A stretch of 64,000 nt of DNA, from the NCBI GenBank assembly GCA_035455205.1, contig DATIFM010000024.1:5959-69958 (forward strand). Direction: 5' to 3'. The notes beneath the pieces are model-generated. The model searched no databases, had not been told where the DNA came from, and saw only the letters and a program-made list of their open reading frames with translations. The translations under genes and the position numbers were made by a program. Shown here one piece after another: positions 1 to 7,688 of this stretch (position 1 is the stretch's first letter; every line of letters begins with the position of its first letter). Origin of the DNA: Candidatus Bilamarchaeum sp. Its GTDB lineage: Archaea; Micrarchaeota; Micrarchaeia; Anstonellales; Bilamarchaeaceae.

Positions 1-345
1 ATGTACGCCTTCGAGCTCGGGAAGGGCGAGGCGATGCGGGCCCAGACGCTCCTCTTCGCGATATTCGTGGTATTCGAGATGGCGGCAGTCTACCTCGTCC
101 GCTGGAGGTACAAGTACAGCCTCGCCTCGAACAAATGGCTCCACATCGCCGTCGTCTCGTCGCTCGCGCTCACCCTCGCGCTCCTCTATTCGCCTTTCGG
201 GGCGTTCTTCGGCACCGTGCCGCTCACGATGGGGGACTGGGACGAGCTACTCCTCACGGTCTTCTCGTTCCTCGTCCTCGTGTGGATTGCGATGAAATTG
301 GAGCCCTTCATACTGGGGCTTGCCGGCGTCAAAAGCCGCGGCTGA
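1..345 (+). CDS. C-terminal fragment of a P-type cation-transporting ATPase (5' end outside window)
   Basis: ORF open at the window edge. Two terminal hydrophobic helices and 'NKWLHIAVVSSLALTLALLYSPFGAFFGTVPLTMGDW' resemble the Cation_ATPase_C region of Ca/Na-type P-type pumps. Confidence 0.65.
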   Translation: MYAFELGKGEAMRAQTLLFAIFVVFEMAAVYLVRWRYKYSLASNKWLHIAVVSSLALTLALLYSPFGAFFGTVPLTMGDWDELLLTVFSFLVLVWIAMKLEPFILGLAGVKSRG

Positions 346-418
346 GCTTCAGACGCCATACATCGCTTTAAAAAAGTTCTGATGGAGAATAACTCATAAC
401 TCGTTCTCCCGTGATTTT

Positions 419-1048
419 ATGGATGATGTAAAGACAAAAGGCGTTCAGACCGGCACCACTACCGTAGGCCTCGTTTGCAAGGACGGGATAGTCCTCGCGA
501 GCGACAGGAGGGCGACGATGGGATACCTCATCGCGAGCAAGGATATCGACAAGATATACCCCGTGAGCGACAGGATTGCCATGACGATAGCCGGCGGCGT
601 TGGCGACGCACAGACCCTCATCCGCTGGATGCAGGCGGAATTGAAGCTCTACGAGCTCCGCCACGAGAAGGCGCCAACGGTCGAGGCGGCCGCTACGCTC
701 CTTGCGAACATACTGACGCAGTACAAGTTCTACCCCTTCTTCGTCCAGCTCCTCATCGGGGGCACCGACGAGAGGCCTAGGCTTTTCTCGGTCGACATGC
801 TGGGCGGCATTACCGAGGAGAAGATGACCTCCACAGGGAGCGGCTCGCCGATAGCGTACGGTGTCCTGGAGGAGCTGTTCCACCCGGACCGCGACATCGC
901 GACGAACCTCCCGATAGCGGCCAAGTCGGTCGCAGCCGCGATGCGGAGGGATGCCGCGAGCGGCGAGAGGGTCGACCTCGTCACCGTGACGAGGAGCGGC
1001 TTCAGGCGCTTTGACAAGGAAGAGATATCAAAGCTCATCCACTCTTAA
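419..1048 (+). CDS. psmB: proteasome subunit beta
   Basis: 209 aa. Short propeptide followed by 'TTTVGLVCKDGIVLASDRRATMG', the Ntn-hydrolase Thr and archaeal beta-subunit signature. Confidence 0.95.
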   Translation: MDDVKTKGVQTGTTTVGLVCKDGIVLASDRRATMGYLIASKDIDKIYPVSDRIAMTIAGGVGDAQTLIRWMQAELKLYELRHEKAPTVEAAATLLANILTQYKFYPFFVQLLIGGTDERPRLFSVDMLGGITEEKMTSTGSGSPIAYGVLEELFHPDRDIATNLPIAAKSVAAAMRRDAASGERVDLVTVTRSGFRRFDKEEISKLIHS

Positions 1049-1095
1049 TTTTCCGTTTTTTCGTTTCCTCTCTTTCAAATTTTCAGGGGTGTTTC

Positions 1096-2991
1096 ATGCA
1101 CTATAAGGACATTGTGAAAAGGATTTCAGAGATAATGCCTCCGGCCTGCGAAGTAACGAAGGTCGAGCCGGAAGGGCTCTCAACCGTCATCTACATCAAG
1201 AACATCAGGGAGTTCTACTCGAACGACCGGCTCATCAAGGAGCTCGCGAGCGCGCTCAAGAAGAAGGTCACGATAAGGGTGGACCCGGCGGGCCTCACGA
1301 ACATGGACGAGGCGAAGGCGATGATAGAGACGCTCGTCCCCAAGGAGGCCGAGATAAAGGGCATCACCTTCGTCCCCGAGATGTGCGAGGTGCGCATCGA
1401 GGCCATAAAGCCGGGCCTCGTTATAGGGAAGGGCGGCTCAATCCTGAAGGAAATCATGCTCAAGACGAACTGGGCTCCCGTGACGCTCCGCGCGCCCACG
1501 ATGCCCTCGGCCACCCTCGACGGCATCCGCAAGATAAACGCGATGGAGGCCGGCGAGCGCAAGAAGTTCCTCGTCAACATAGGCAAGAAGATATGCCAGC
1601 CGTCCCCGCCGGGCGACTGGATACGCGTGATGGCCCTCGGAGGGTTCCGCGAAGTCGGCCGCTCCTGCCTGCTCGTCCAGACTCCGAACAGCAAGGTGCT
1701 GATAGACGTCGGCGTCAACCCGGCGACGGGCGACCCGACCAAGGCATACCCGTACCTGAACCTGACCGGATTCTCGCTTTCCGAGATAGACGCCGTGGTG
1801 ATCAGCCACGGCCACATGGACCACATGGGCTTCCTGCCCTATTTGTTCGCATACGGATACGACGGCCCGGTCTACTGCACGCCGCCGACGCGCGACCTGA
1901 TGGTGCTCCTCCAGCAGGACTACCTGAACCTGTGCAAGAAGGCGTTCAACGTCGAGCCCCCGTACACCAAGAAGGACGTGTACAAGGAGCTCCGGAACGT
2001 CATAACGGTCGATTACGAGGAAGTGGTGGACATCACCCCGGAAATCAAGATGACGCTCTACAACGCCGGTCACATGCTCGGGAGCGCGTCCGTGCACCTC
2101 CACATCGGGGAGGGCGCGCACAACCTCGTGTACTCGGGGGACATCAAGTTCGGCTTCACCCGGCTCTTCGACCCGGCGACCACGCACTTCCCGAGGCTAG
2201 AGACATTGTTCATAGAGAGCACTTACGGAGGAAGGAACGACATCTCCGTCAACCGCTTCGACAGCGAAAAGAGGCTCTTCGACCTGATTAAGGAGACCAC
2301 CGCCAAGCGCGGCAAGGTCCTCATCCCGGTGTTCGCCGTAGGGCGCGCGCAGGAGATGATGCTTGTCCTCGAGGAGCTCGCGAGGCGCGAGCAGGACTTC
2401 AACGTCCCGATATACATTGACGGCATGATTCTCGAGGCCTCGGCAATCCACACGGCCTACCCCGAATACCTGAGGGAGCAGCTCCAGAGGCGCATTCTCT
2501 CGGACCGCAGCCCCTTCGAGTCGCCCCTCATCAAGGTCGCGAAGGGCATGTCGAGGGAGGAGATAGTGAACGGCGAGCCCGCGATTATCCTCGCGCCCTC
2601 GGGCATGCTTACTGGCGGGCCGTCGTACGAATACCTCAAGCTCATGGCCGACAATCCGAGCAACGCCCTCCTCTTCGTCGGATACCAGAGCGCTCTCTCG
2701 CTGGGCAGCAAGCTCCAGCGGGGCATGAAGGAGCTCCCGATACTCGGTGACGACGGCAAGATGAAGACGCTCAACATAAACATGCGCGTCGAGACCGTAG
2801 AGGGCTTCTCCGGCCACTCGGACCGGGCGCAGCTGATGGCGTACATCAAGAACCTGCGCCCGACGCCCGAGCGCGTCATGACGATGCACGGGGACTGGGG
2901 CAAGACCGAGGAATTCGCGCGCTCGATAGGGATGATGATGCGCAAGGACTCGCGCGCCCTTGCAGACCTCGAGGCAGTGCGGCTGAAGTAA
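1096..2991 (+). CDS. aCPSF1-type KH-domain / metallo-beta-lactamase / beta-CASP ribonuclease
   Basis: 631 aa. KH-like 'GLVIGKGGSILKEI', MBL motif 'VISHGHMDHMG', beta-CASP C-terminal motifs 'GFSGHSD' and 'MHGD'. Length and order are typical of archaeal CPSF1. Confidence 0.92.
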   Translation: MHYKDIVKRISEIMPPACEVTKVEPEGLSTVIYIKNIREFYSNDRLIKELASALKKKVTIRVDPAGLTNMDEAKAMIETLVPKEAEIKGITFVPEMCEVRIEAIKPGLVIGKGGSILKEIMLKTNWAPVTLRAPTMPSATLDGIRKINAMEAGERKKFLVNIGKKICQPSPPGDWIRVMALGGFREVGRSCLLVQTPNSKVLIDVGVNPATGDPTKAYPYLNLTGFSLSEIDAVVISHGHMDHMGFLPYLFAYGYDGPVYCTPPTRDLMVLLQQDYLNLCKKAFNVEPPYTKKDVYKELRNVITVDYEEVVDITPEIKMTLYNAGHMLGSASVHLHIGEGAHNLVYSGDIKFGFTRLFDPATTHFPRLETLFIESTYGGRNDISVNRFDSEKRLFDLIKETTAKRGKVLIPVFAVGRAQEMMLVLEELARREQDFNVPIYIDGMILEASAIHTAYPEYLREQLQRRILSDRSPFESPLIKVAKGMSREEIVNGEPAIILAPSGMLTGGPSYEYLKLMADNPSNALLFVGYQSALSLGSKLQRGMKELPILGDDGKMKTLNINMRVETVEGFSGHSDRAQLMAYIKNLRPTPERVMTMHGDWGKTEEFARSIGMMMRKDSRALADLEAVRLK

Positions 2992-3040
2992 TCGCCGTAT
3001 TTGCCCCTATTTTTAAACCTTTTATTCTATCTACTACCAC

Positions 3041-3520
3041 ATGCCTTCTATAATCCACGCAGGCCCAGCCTCCGCTCCACGGCCCCGCAAGGGCATCAAC
3101 GCCCAGGTGCTCGTGGACGGGTTCTCGCCCGGCCCGGCGAGGGACATATTCAACATAGAGCGGGAAATGCACCTTTTGGCAGACTACCTCCTCGAGCGCG
3201 ACCGCGGGTTCAGCCGGATACGCATCACGCAGTCTCCAGACCCTGAATTCATTCTCATATGCAGCACCCCCCTGCGCCTCGACCAGTACAGGCTGGCATT
3301 CGGCATGTCGCTTCTCGAGGATGTCCGGGTCCTCGGCGGCAGGATGGGGTTCAGGCTGCACATGGAAGGCCGCACCGCGGGCAGGTTCGTCCAGCCTGCG
3401 GAGCCCCCCTCATGCATCCGCTTCCTCGAAGCGATAGAAGGCGTCGATGACCTGGAAATCCGGTTCCGCTACCGGGAGCATTTTTCGAACCTGCTTGTCC
3501 GGGGCAGCATCTCAATCTGA
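3041..3520 (+). CDS. hypothetical protein
   Basis: 159-aa ORF with balanced composition filling the gap between flanking genes. No motif recognised. Confidence 0.45.
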   Translation: MPSIIHAGPASAPRPRKGINAQVLVDGFSPGPARDIFNIEREMHLLADYLLERDRGFSRIRITQSPDPEFILICSTPLRLDQYRLAFGMSLLEDVRVLGGRMGFRLHMEGRTAGRFVQPAEPPSCIRFLEAIEGVDDLEIRFRYREHFSNLLVRGSISI

Positions 3521-3982
3521 TTTCCTGAGCTCCCGCTCTATCTCGTGCCTTTCCCAGGGGTAGGCGACCCATGAGGTGGTCGTCATCATGTAGTAGTCGG
3601 GCCTGAACGAGGAGCCCGGCTTGTAGTGTATGGTCGCTATCCTTATCTCCCCGGCGCCCTTTGCGCGCAGGTATTCCTTTGCAGCAGTGAGGCTCCTCCC
3701 GGAGTCGGCCACGTCGTCCACGAGGAGTATCCTCTTCCCCCGGACGTCCATCGAGAGCTCCTGGAATATCACCGGCTTCTCGAGCCTCCTCATGCCCTTG
3801 TAGAAGCTCATGCCGATGATGCCCACCGTTTCCACCGCGAGTATGTCGGACATTATCCTCGAGAGGACCAGGCCGCCCCGGGACAGCCCGACTATCATGT
3901 CCGGCTTGAAATCCGCGCTTTTGTGCGCAAGCGACTCGCAATATCCTATCGTCGCGTCCCAGCTTATCCGAAGAAGGTCCAT
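3512..3982 (-). CDS. purine (hypoxanthine/guanine-type) phosphoribosyltransferase
   Basis: PRPP-binding motif 'ILLVDDVADSGRSL' and typical type I PRT layout. The track ORF starts at TTG 4045, but ATG at 3982 ('MDLLRISW') gives the usual ~156-aa length. Confidence 0.85.
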   Translation of the reverse strand: MDLLRISWDATIGYCESLAHKSADFKPDMIVGLSRGGLVLSRIMSDILAVETVGIIGMSFYKGMRRLEKPVIFQELSMDVRGKRILLVDDVADSGRSLTAAKEYLRAKGAGEIRIATIHYKPGSSFRPDYYMMTTTSWVAYPWERHEIERELRKSD

Positions 3983-4004
3983 GACAGCGTTGCATTCGAG
4001 TATC

Positions 4005-4012
4005 TTTATAAA
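4005..4012 (+). promoter_or_regulatory. TATA-box-like element upstream of the acidic micro-ORF trio
   Basis: TTTATAAA about 35 nt upstream of ATG 4045, compatible with an archaeal promoter giving a short-leader transcript. Confidence 0.35.
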
Positions 4013-4044
4013 TTTTTTGTGTCTAAGCAACGTTCGTGAATCCA

Positions 4045-4137
4045 ATGGACCCGCTTAGAATTGACGAGGACGAAGACACTGATGAAGAGGACACGGACGA
4101 GGATGATTCGTGGGAAGAAGAGGATGATGACGAGTGA
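4045..4137 (+). CDS. hyper-acidic micro-protein 1 (30 aa, MDPLRIDEDEDTDEEDTDEDDSWEEEDDDE)
   Basis: ATG-to-TGA ORF below the track's length cut-off. The N-terminus is conserved with two downstream ORFs, and the stop overlaps the next start (GTGA). Confidence 0.4.
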   Translation: MDPLRIDEDEDTDEEDTDEDDSWEEEDDDE

Positions 4138-4214
4138 AGCCCCTCGGGCTGGATGAAGAGGAAGACCAGGAAGAAGGGGATTTCGAGGAAGACGACTGGG
4201 AAGAGGAGGAATAA
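4134..4214 (+). CDS. hyper-acidic micro-protein 2 (26 aa, (M)KPLGLDEEEDQEEGDFEEDDWEEEE)
   Basis: GTG start overlapping the stop of micro-ORF 1. Its TAA stop overlaps the ATG of micro-ORF 3 (TAATG). Homologous to its neighbours. Confidence 0.35.
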   Translation: MKPLGLDEEEDQEEGDFEEDDWEEEE

Positions 4215-4303
4215 TGATGGACCCGCTACGGATAGACGAGGAGGAAGACTGGGAAGACGAGGATTCCGAAGACGAAGAATGGGAGGAAGAAGAGGACGAG
4301 TAG
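4214..4303 (+). CDS. hyper-acidic micro-protein 3 (29 aa, MMDPLRIDEEEDWEDEDSEDEEWEEEEDE)
   Basis: ATG start overlapping the previous stop, with the same 'MDPLRIDE' N-terminus as micro-ORF 1. Followed by a T-rich tract at 4304-4314. Confidence 0.4.
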   Translation: MMDPLRIDEEEDWEDEDSEDEEWEEEEDE

Positions 4304-4367
4304 TTAATTTTTTAACCAATCTAATTCTATTTAATACGTCGAAGCAATTTGGGCTCGTAGCTCAGTC

Positions 4368-4400
4368 GCACCTTTTTAGGAAAAAGGTGCGCCCAAAAAC
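4368..4400. repeat. intron module copy a (inverted orientation)
   Basis: GCACCTTTTTAGGAAAAAGGTGCGCCCAAAAAC is the reverse complement of the GTTTTTGGGCGC-TTTTTCCTAAAAA-GCGC consensus. Confidence 0.8.
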
Positions 4401-4409
4401 TGCCTGTTT

Positions 4410-4430
4410 GCAAACCCTCGGAGGGTTTGC
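4410..4430. repeat. AACCC-loop-GGGTT hairpin (copy 1, inside the tRNA-Arg D-loop intron)
   Basis: GCAAACCCTCGGAGGGTTTGC, a perfect palindromic stem. Confidence 0.75.
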
Positions 4431-4439
4431 CGACAATCT

Positions 4440-4523
4440 GTTTTGGGGCGCCTCCCTATTGTCCGGCTTTCCGGACAATGGGGCACAAGGAGCATCTGCT
4501 CCTTGTTGTTTTCTAAAAGGCGC
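4440..4523. repeat. intron module copy b (forward, split by a 56-nt insert carrying two further hairpins)
   Basis: GTTTTGGGGCGCC at 4440-4452 and TTTTCTAAAAGGCGC at 4509-4523. The insert contains ATTGTCCGG-CTTT-CCGGACAAT (4458-4479) and ACAAGGAGC-ATCT-GCTCCTTGT (4485-4506). Confidence 0.75.
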
Positions 4524-4574
4524 GGAGCAGCTTGGATAGAGCGGCAGCCTTCTACTTTCGGGAATGGAATCCCC

Positions 4575-4603
4575 GTTTTGGGGCGCCTTTTCCCAAAAGG
4601 CGC
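4575..4603. repeat. intron module copy c (forward, in the 37/38 intron)
   Basis: GTTTTGGGGCGCCTTTTCCCAAAAGGCGC. Confidence 0.85.
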
Positions 4604-4640
4604 AAGCTGTAGGCCGGGGGTTCAAATCCCCCCGGGCCCG

Positions 4641-4675
4641 TTTTTGTCATTCGGCGAACCCTCGGAGGGTTCGCC
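4641..4675 (+). terminator. conserved tRNA 3' trailer: T-run plus GGCGAACCC-TCGGA-GGGTTCGCC hairpin
   Basis: TTTTTGTCATTCGGCGAACCCTCGGAGGGTTCGCC lies directly after the discriminator base. A near-identical trailer follows the Arg-CCT tRNA at 19815-19849 on the minus strand. Confidence 0.5.
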
Positions 4676-4742
4676 AACTGACAGTTTAAATTACTTTACC
4701 CCCACATAATAGCGAGAGCCAAATTCTGCCAGTGGTGGTCAT

Positions 4743-4994
4743 ATGTCGATGGATATTCCCCAGATAAGCACGATGATAGAGGACCTGGTCAACGATACCA
4801 GCATCCCCAAGAACATCCGCCGGGCGCTTTCCGAGGCCAAGACCCGGCTCGACAGCAAGGAGGACAAGTCCGTCAAGATAAGCGCGGCCATATACGTCAT
4901 AGAATCCATAACCGAGGACATAAACATGCCAGCCCACGCGCGGACCCAGATATGGGCCATAATGAGCGCGCTGGAGGCGCTCAACGAGAGGTAA
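4743..4994 (+). CDS. UPF0147 family protein
   Basis: 83 aa. 'DTSIPKNIRRALSEA...KISAAIYVIESITEDINMPAHARTQIWAIMSALE' matches the conserved archaeal UPF0147 helical protein as I remember it. Confidence 0.8.
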   Translation: MSMDIPQISTMIEDLVNDTSIPKNIRRALSEAKTRLDSKEDKSVKISAAIYVIESITEDINMPAHARTQIWAIMSALEALNER

Positions 4995-4995
4995 G

Positions 4996-6414
4996 ATGAA
5001 CTTTGCCGAAAAGGGCATCCGTCTCACAATGGAGGCCGAGGAACTCCTGAAAGCCCACACCTCGGATGAGCTGGTCCAGAAGATAATCCTGCTCGACAAG
5101 GCTTTCATATCGAAAGAGGACATCGAGCCCCTGATCAAGCCCCCCGAAACGGCCCAGGTGAGCCGCCCCTCGGGGTTCTCACCGGTGGCCAAGGACTACG
5201 AGTCCAACATCAAGCTCTACCACTCCCTGGACGTCACTGGCAAGTCGCGCACAAAGGGCGAGGTGGACAACTTCATCGCCCACTTCCGCAACCGCTTCGA
5301 GCGCCTCTCGAGGATGCTCAGGCGGAGCAATTCGGTTCCCGGCATGGAGCTTGCTGACGCGAAGCGCCACCTGAACGAGAAGGTCCGAGTCGTCGTCCTG
5401 ATTTCGGACAAGAAGGTCACGAAGAAGGGCAACCTGCTTTTCGAGGTCGAGGACCTGAGCGGCACGTTCAAGGTGGTCATCTCCAACTCGAAATTCAACG
5501 AGAAAATAGTCGAGAAATCGAAGGGCATACTGATTGACGACGTCGTGGCGATAACCGGGAAAGTCCTCGAGCCCTACATAATCGCGGAGGACATAGAGTG
5601 GCCGGACCTGCCGGTCATCCGCGAGAAGAAGCAGGCCGAGACCGACGTTGCGACAGTATACCTTTCCGACCTGCACTTCGGGAGCCGCTATTTCCTCGGA
5701 AAGCCGCTCAAGGCCTTCACCGACTGGCTCCACGGGCGGGGCGAGATGAAGGAGCTTGCCGGGAAAGTGAAATACATCTGCATCGCCGGCGACATCGTGG
5801 ACGGCATAGGAATCTACCCGAACCAGGAGAAAGAGCTCGTGGTGAAGGACATCTACCAGCAGTATAAGATGTTCGAGGACTTCGTGGAAGACATCCCCGA
5901 CTACATCGACATAATAGTGGCGCCGGGAAACCACGACGCGGTGAGGCGTGGCGAGCCCCAGCCGGCCATTCCTAAGGACCTGATAGCTTCCGAAATTATC
6001 CGGGTGGGAAACCCCTCGACGCTTTCCATCGAGGGCATAAAGCACCTGATGTACCACGGGACGTCGATGGACTCGATGATAGCGAGCCTGCCGGGAGCCT
6101 CGTACATGCACCCGGAGAAAGTCATGGTCGAATACCTCAAGCGGAGGCACCTCTCGCCCCTCTACGGAGGCAACCTCATCATACCCGAAAATGTCGACTA
6201 CATGGTCATCGAGGAGCCCCCGGACATTTTCCATGCCGGGCACGTCCACAAGAACGGCTACACCCAGTATCGCGGGACGCTCGTAATCAACTCCGGGACG
6301 TTCCAGGACCGGACGGATTTCCAGGTCAAGCAGGGCCACATACCGACGCCCGCGCTCGTCCCGGTCTATGAAATGAAATACAACCGCCTCCACACCCTCG
6401 ACTTCAAATCATGA
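4996..6414 (+). CDS. polB: DNA polymerase II (PolD) small subunit DP1
   Basis: 472 aa. OB-fold region followed by calcineurin-like phosphoesterase motifs 'YLSDLHFGS', 'IAGDIVDGIG', 'GNHD' and 'HAGHVH'. Confidence 0.9.
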   Translation: MNFAEKGIRLTMEAEELLKAHTSDELVQKIILLDKAFISKEDIEPLIKPPETAQVSRPSGFSPVAKDYESNIKLYHSLDVTGKSRTKGEVDNFIAHFRNRFERLSRMLRRSNSVPGMELADAKRHLNEKVRVVVLISDKKVTKKGNLLFEVEDLSGTFKVVISNSKFNEKIVEKSKGILIDDVVAITGKVLEPYIIAEDIEWPDLPVIREKKQAETDVATVYLSDLHFGSRYFLGKPLKAFTDWLHGRGEMKELAGKVKYICIAGDIVDGIGIYPNQEKELVVKDIYQQYKMFEDFVEDIPDYIDIIVAPGNHDAVRRGEPQPAIPKDLIASEIIRVGNPSTLSIEGIKHLMYHGTSMDSMIASLPGASYMHPEKVMVEYLKRRHLSPLYGGNLIIPENVDYMVIEEPPDIFHAGHVHKNGYTQYRGTLVINSGTFQDRTDFQVKQGHIPTPALVPVYEMKYNRLHTLDFKS

Positions 6415-6492
6415 CGGAGAGCGCCCCGTCGTCGTAGCAATCTTTATAAATTTAGACTGACAATCGGCTAACGACAGCAATCAGGTGATAAG

Positions 6493-6750
6493 ATGGCTAA
6501 GTACCTCATAGCACGACAACTTTCTGGAAAAAAATTAGTGACAAATGACGGTGAAGACTTCGGTAGGCTCGTTGACATAGAAGTCAATGAAGTCAGCGGA
6601 AAAATCGAGAGCCTTGTTGTAGAACCGAACCCGGACAGCTCTTCGGCATCAAAGATGAAAAAAGACGACGGGATGATTCACATTCCATACGAGAGCGTTC
6701 TTGCCGTCGGCGATTTCATCATCGTTGACAGAAGGAACATGGCCTCCTAA
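6493..6750 (+). CDS. PRC-barrel domain protein
   Basis: 85 aa. 'LSGKKLVTNDGEDFGRLVDIEVNEVSGKIESLVVE...IHIPYESVLAVGDFIIVD' has the typical PRC-barrel pattern. Confidence 0.75.
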   Translation: MAKYLIARQLSGKKLVTNDGEDFGRLVDIEVNEVSGKIESLVVEPNPDSSSASKMKKDDGMIHIPYESVLAVGDFIIVDRRNMAS

Positions 6751-7688
6751 TTCTCAATTTTATCCGTTTTTATGAGTGGCGGCGCAATGCCGCATATCTC
6801 CCTTATTGTCCTGTATACCAGGTCGTTCAGCACAGGGTCCTTCGTTCCGATTTTCCCCAGTGCCGCGTATGCCGCCTCTTCTATCCCCCTGTTGCCCGGG
6901 TTCTGCTCCCACAGTTCCCTGAGGAGCTCGAGGGCGTTGGACACAACGCTGAATGCCGGGTGAACTGCCCTGAGGAGGAGAAGCGACCGGCCCGCCGGGT
7001 TGCCCCCGCTCCTTATGCCCTCGATTATTTCGCGGTCCACCCCGATATCCTCAAGAGCGCGTATCTTCCGGCAGAGCATCGGGACGGCTTCGAGAAGCTC
7101 CGGGTTCCCGGGGTTGCCGGCCGCGATGTCCGAAATCATGACTATCGCGCAGTCCTGGAACGCCGGCTCGTCATGGGCATCGGCGATGCGTATCAGTTCG
7201 GGAACGGCGGCAAGGCCCATCTCATCTATTACGATGCCCCTGACCCTCTCGGCAAGCTCGTAGCCCGTCGAAACGTCCGAGAACAGCCCGACAATCTGGC
7301 CCACCGCCGAAACATCACCGGCCTTGGCCCTCGCGCTGTAGTGCAGATAGGATACCTCGGCAGCAAGCTCCCTCGCGCAGCTCTTGTGCTGCGGATGGGG
7401 CGATTCGGCCTCTATCCTGGCGAGGCTGCCCGCCGCGTCCATGCCGAATGAAAGGACGGCCTCCCTTGCGGCTTCGGCGAGCTCCTCGTCCCCGGATTCC
7501 GCGGCGATGCGGACAAGTGCGGGGATTGCCGCTGCATCCCGCTCCGCGGCGCACTCTGCAATCAGCTCTTGCGGCGTGGAAGACCGCTTCAGTTTCTCGT
7601 GCAGTCCGGCGCCCTCCTCGGCGAGGGGCTCCCCCCTGAAACCGGCAGGCTTGTTCGCGGCCGGCAACCCTTTCTTTTTCTGCTCCAT
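6747..7688 (-). CDS. HEAT/ARM-like repeat protein (hypothetical)
   Basis: 313-aa helical-repeat-looking sequence, with 'IPALVRIAAESGDEELAEAAREAV' and 'AVPELIRIADAHDEPAFQDCAIVMI'. Best-composed frame in this interval. Confidence 0.55.
   Translation of the reverse strand: MEQKKKGLPAANKPAGFRGEPLAEEGAGLHEKLKRSSTPQELIAECAAERDAAAIPALVRIAAESGDEELAEAAREAVLSFGMDAAGSLARIEAESPHPQHKSCARELAAEVSYLHYSARAKAGDVSAVGQIVGLFSDVSTGYELAERVRGIVIDEMGLAAVPELIRIADAHDEPAFQDCAIVMISDIAAGNPGNPELLEAVPMLCRKIRALEDIGVDREIIEGIRSGGNPAGRSLLLLRAVHPAFSVVSNALELLRELWEQNPGNRGIEEAAYAALGKIGTKDPVLNDLVYRTIREICGIAPPLIKTDKIEN

Larger units (their letters stand above)
4351..4640 (+). tRNA. tRNA-Arg (anticodon TCT) with two introns: D-loop ~4366-4530 and canonical 37/38 site 4555-4604
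   Basis: - Acceptor GGGCTCG pairs with CGGGCCC.
- After removing 4366-4530 the D-arm (GCTC AGCTTGGATA GAGC) is identical to that of the Arg-CCT tRNA.
- Anticodon stem GCAGC/GCTGT, loop CT-TCT-A.
- T-arm GGGGG TTCAAAT CCCCC. Confidence 0.8.

Noticed and set aside
4023-4319. 98-aa minus-strand ORF with long poly-Ser tracts
   Set aside because: It is the antisense reading of the GAA/GAG/GAC-rich acidic micro-ORFs (TCx/CTC codons). It is low complexity, and its start is not supported by any signal.
4368-4603. Possible CRISPR array, because GTTTTGGGGCGCC-type repeats recur
   Set aside because: The copies are palindromic, occur in both orientations with irregular spacing, sit inside three separate tRNA genes, and have no cas genes or uniform spacers.
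4153-4709. Track ORFs 4153-4539 (plus), 4362-4625 (minus) and 4443-4709 (plus)
   Set aside because: They lie over the intron-containing tRNA-Arg gene and its hairpin-rich introns, so the sequence is explained by RNA structure.
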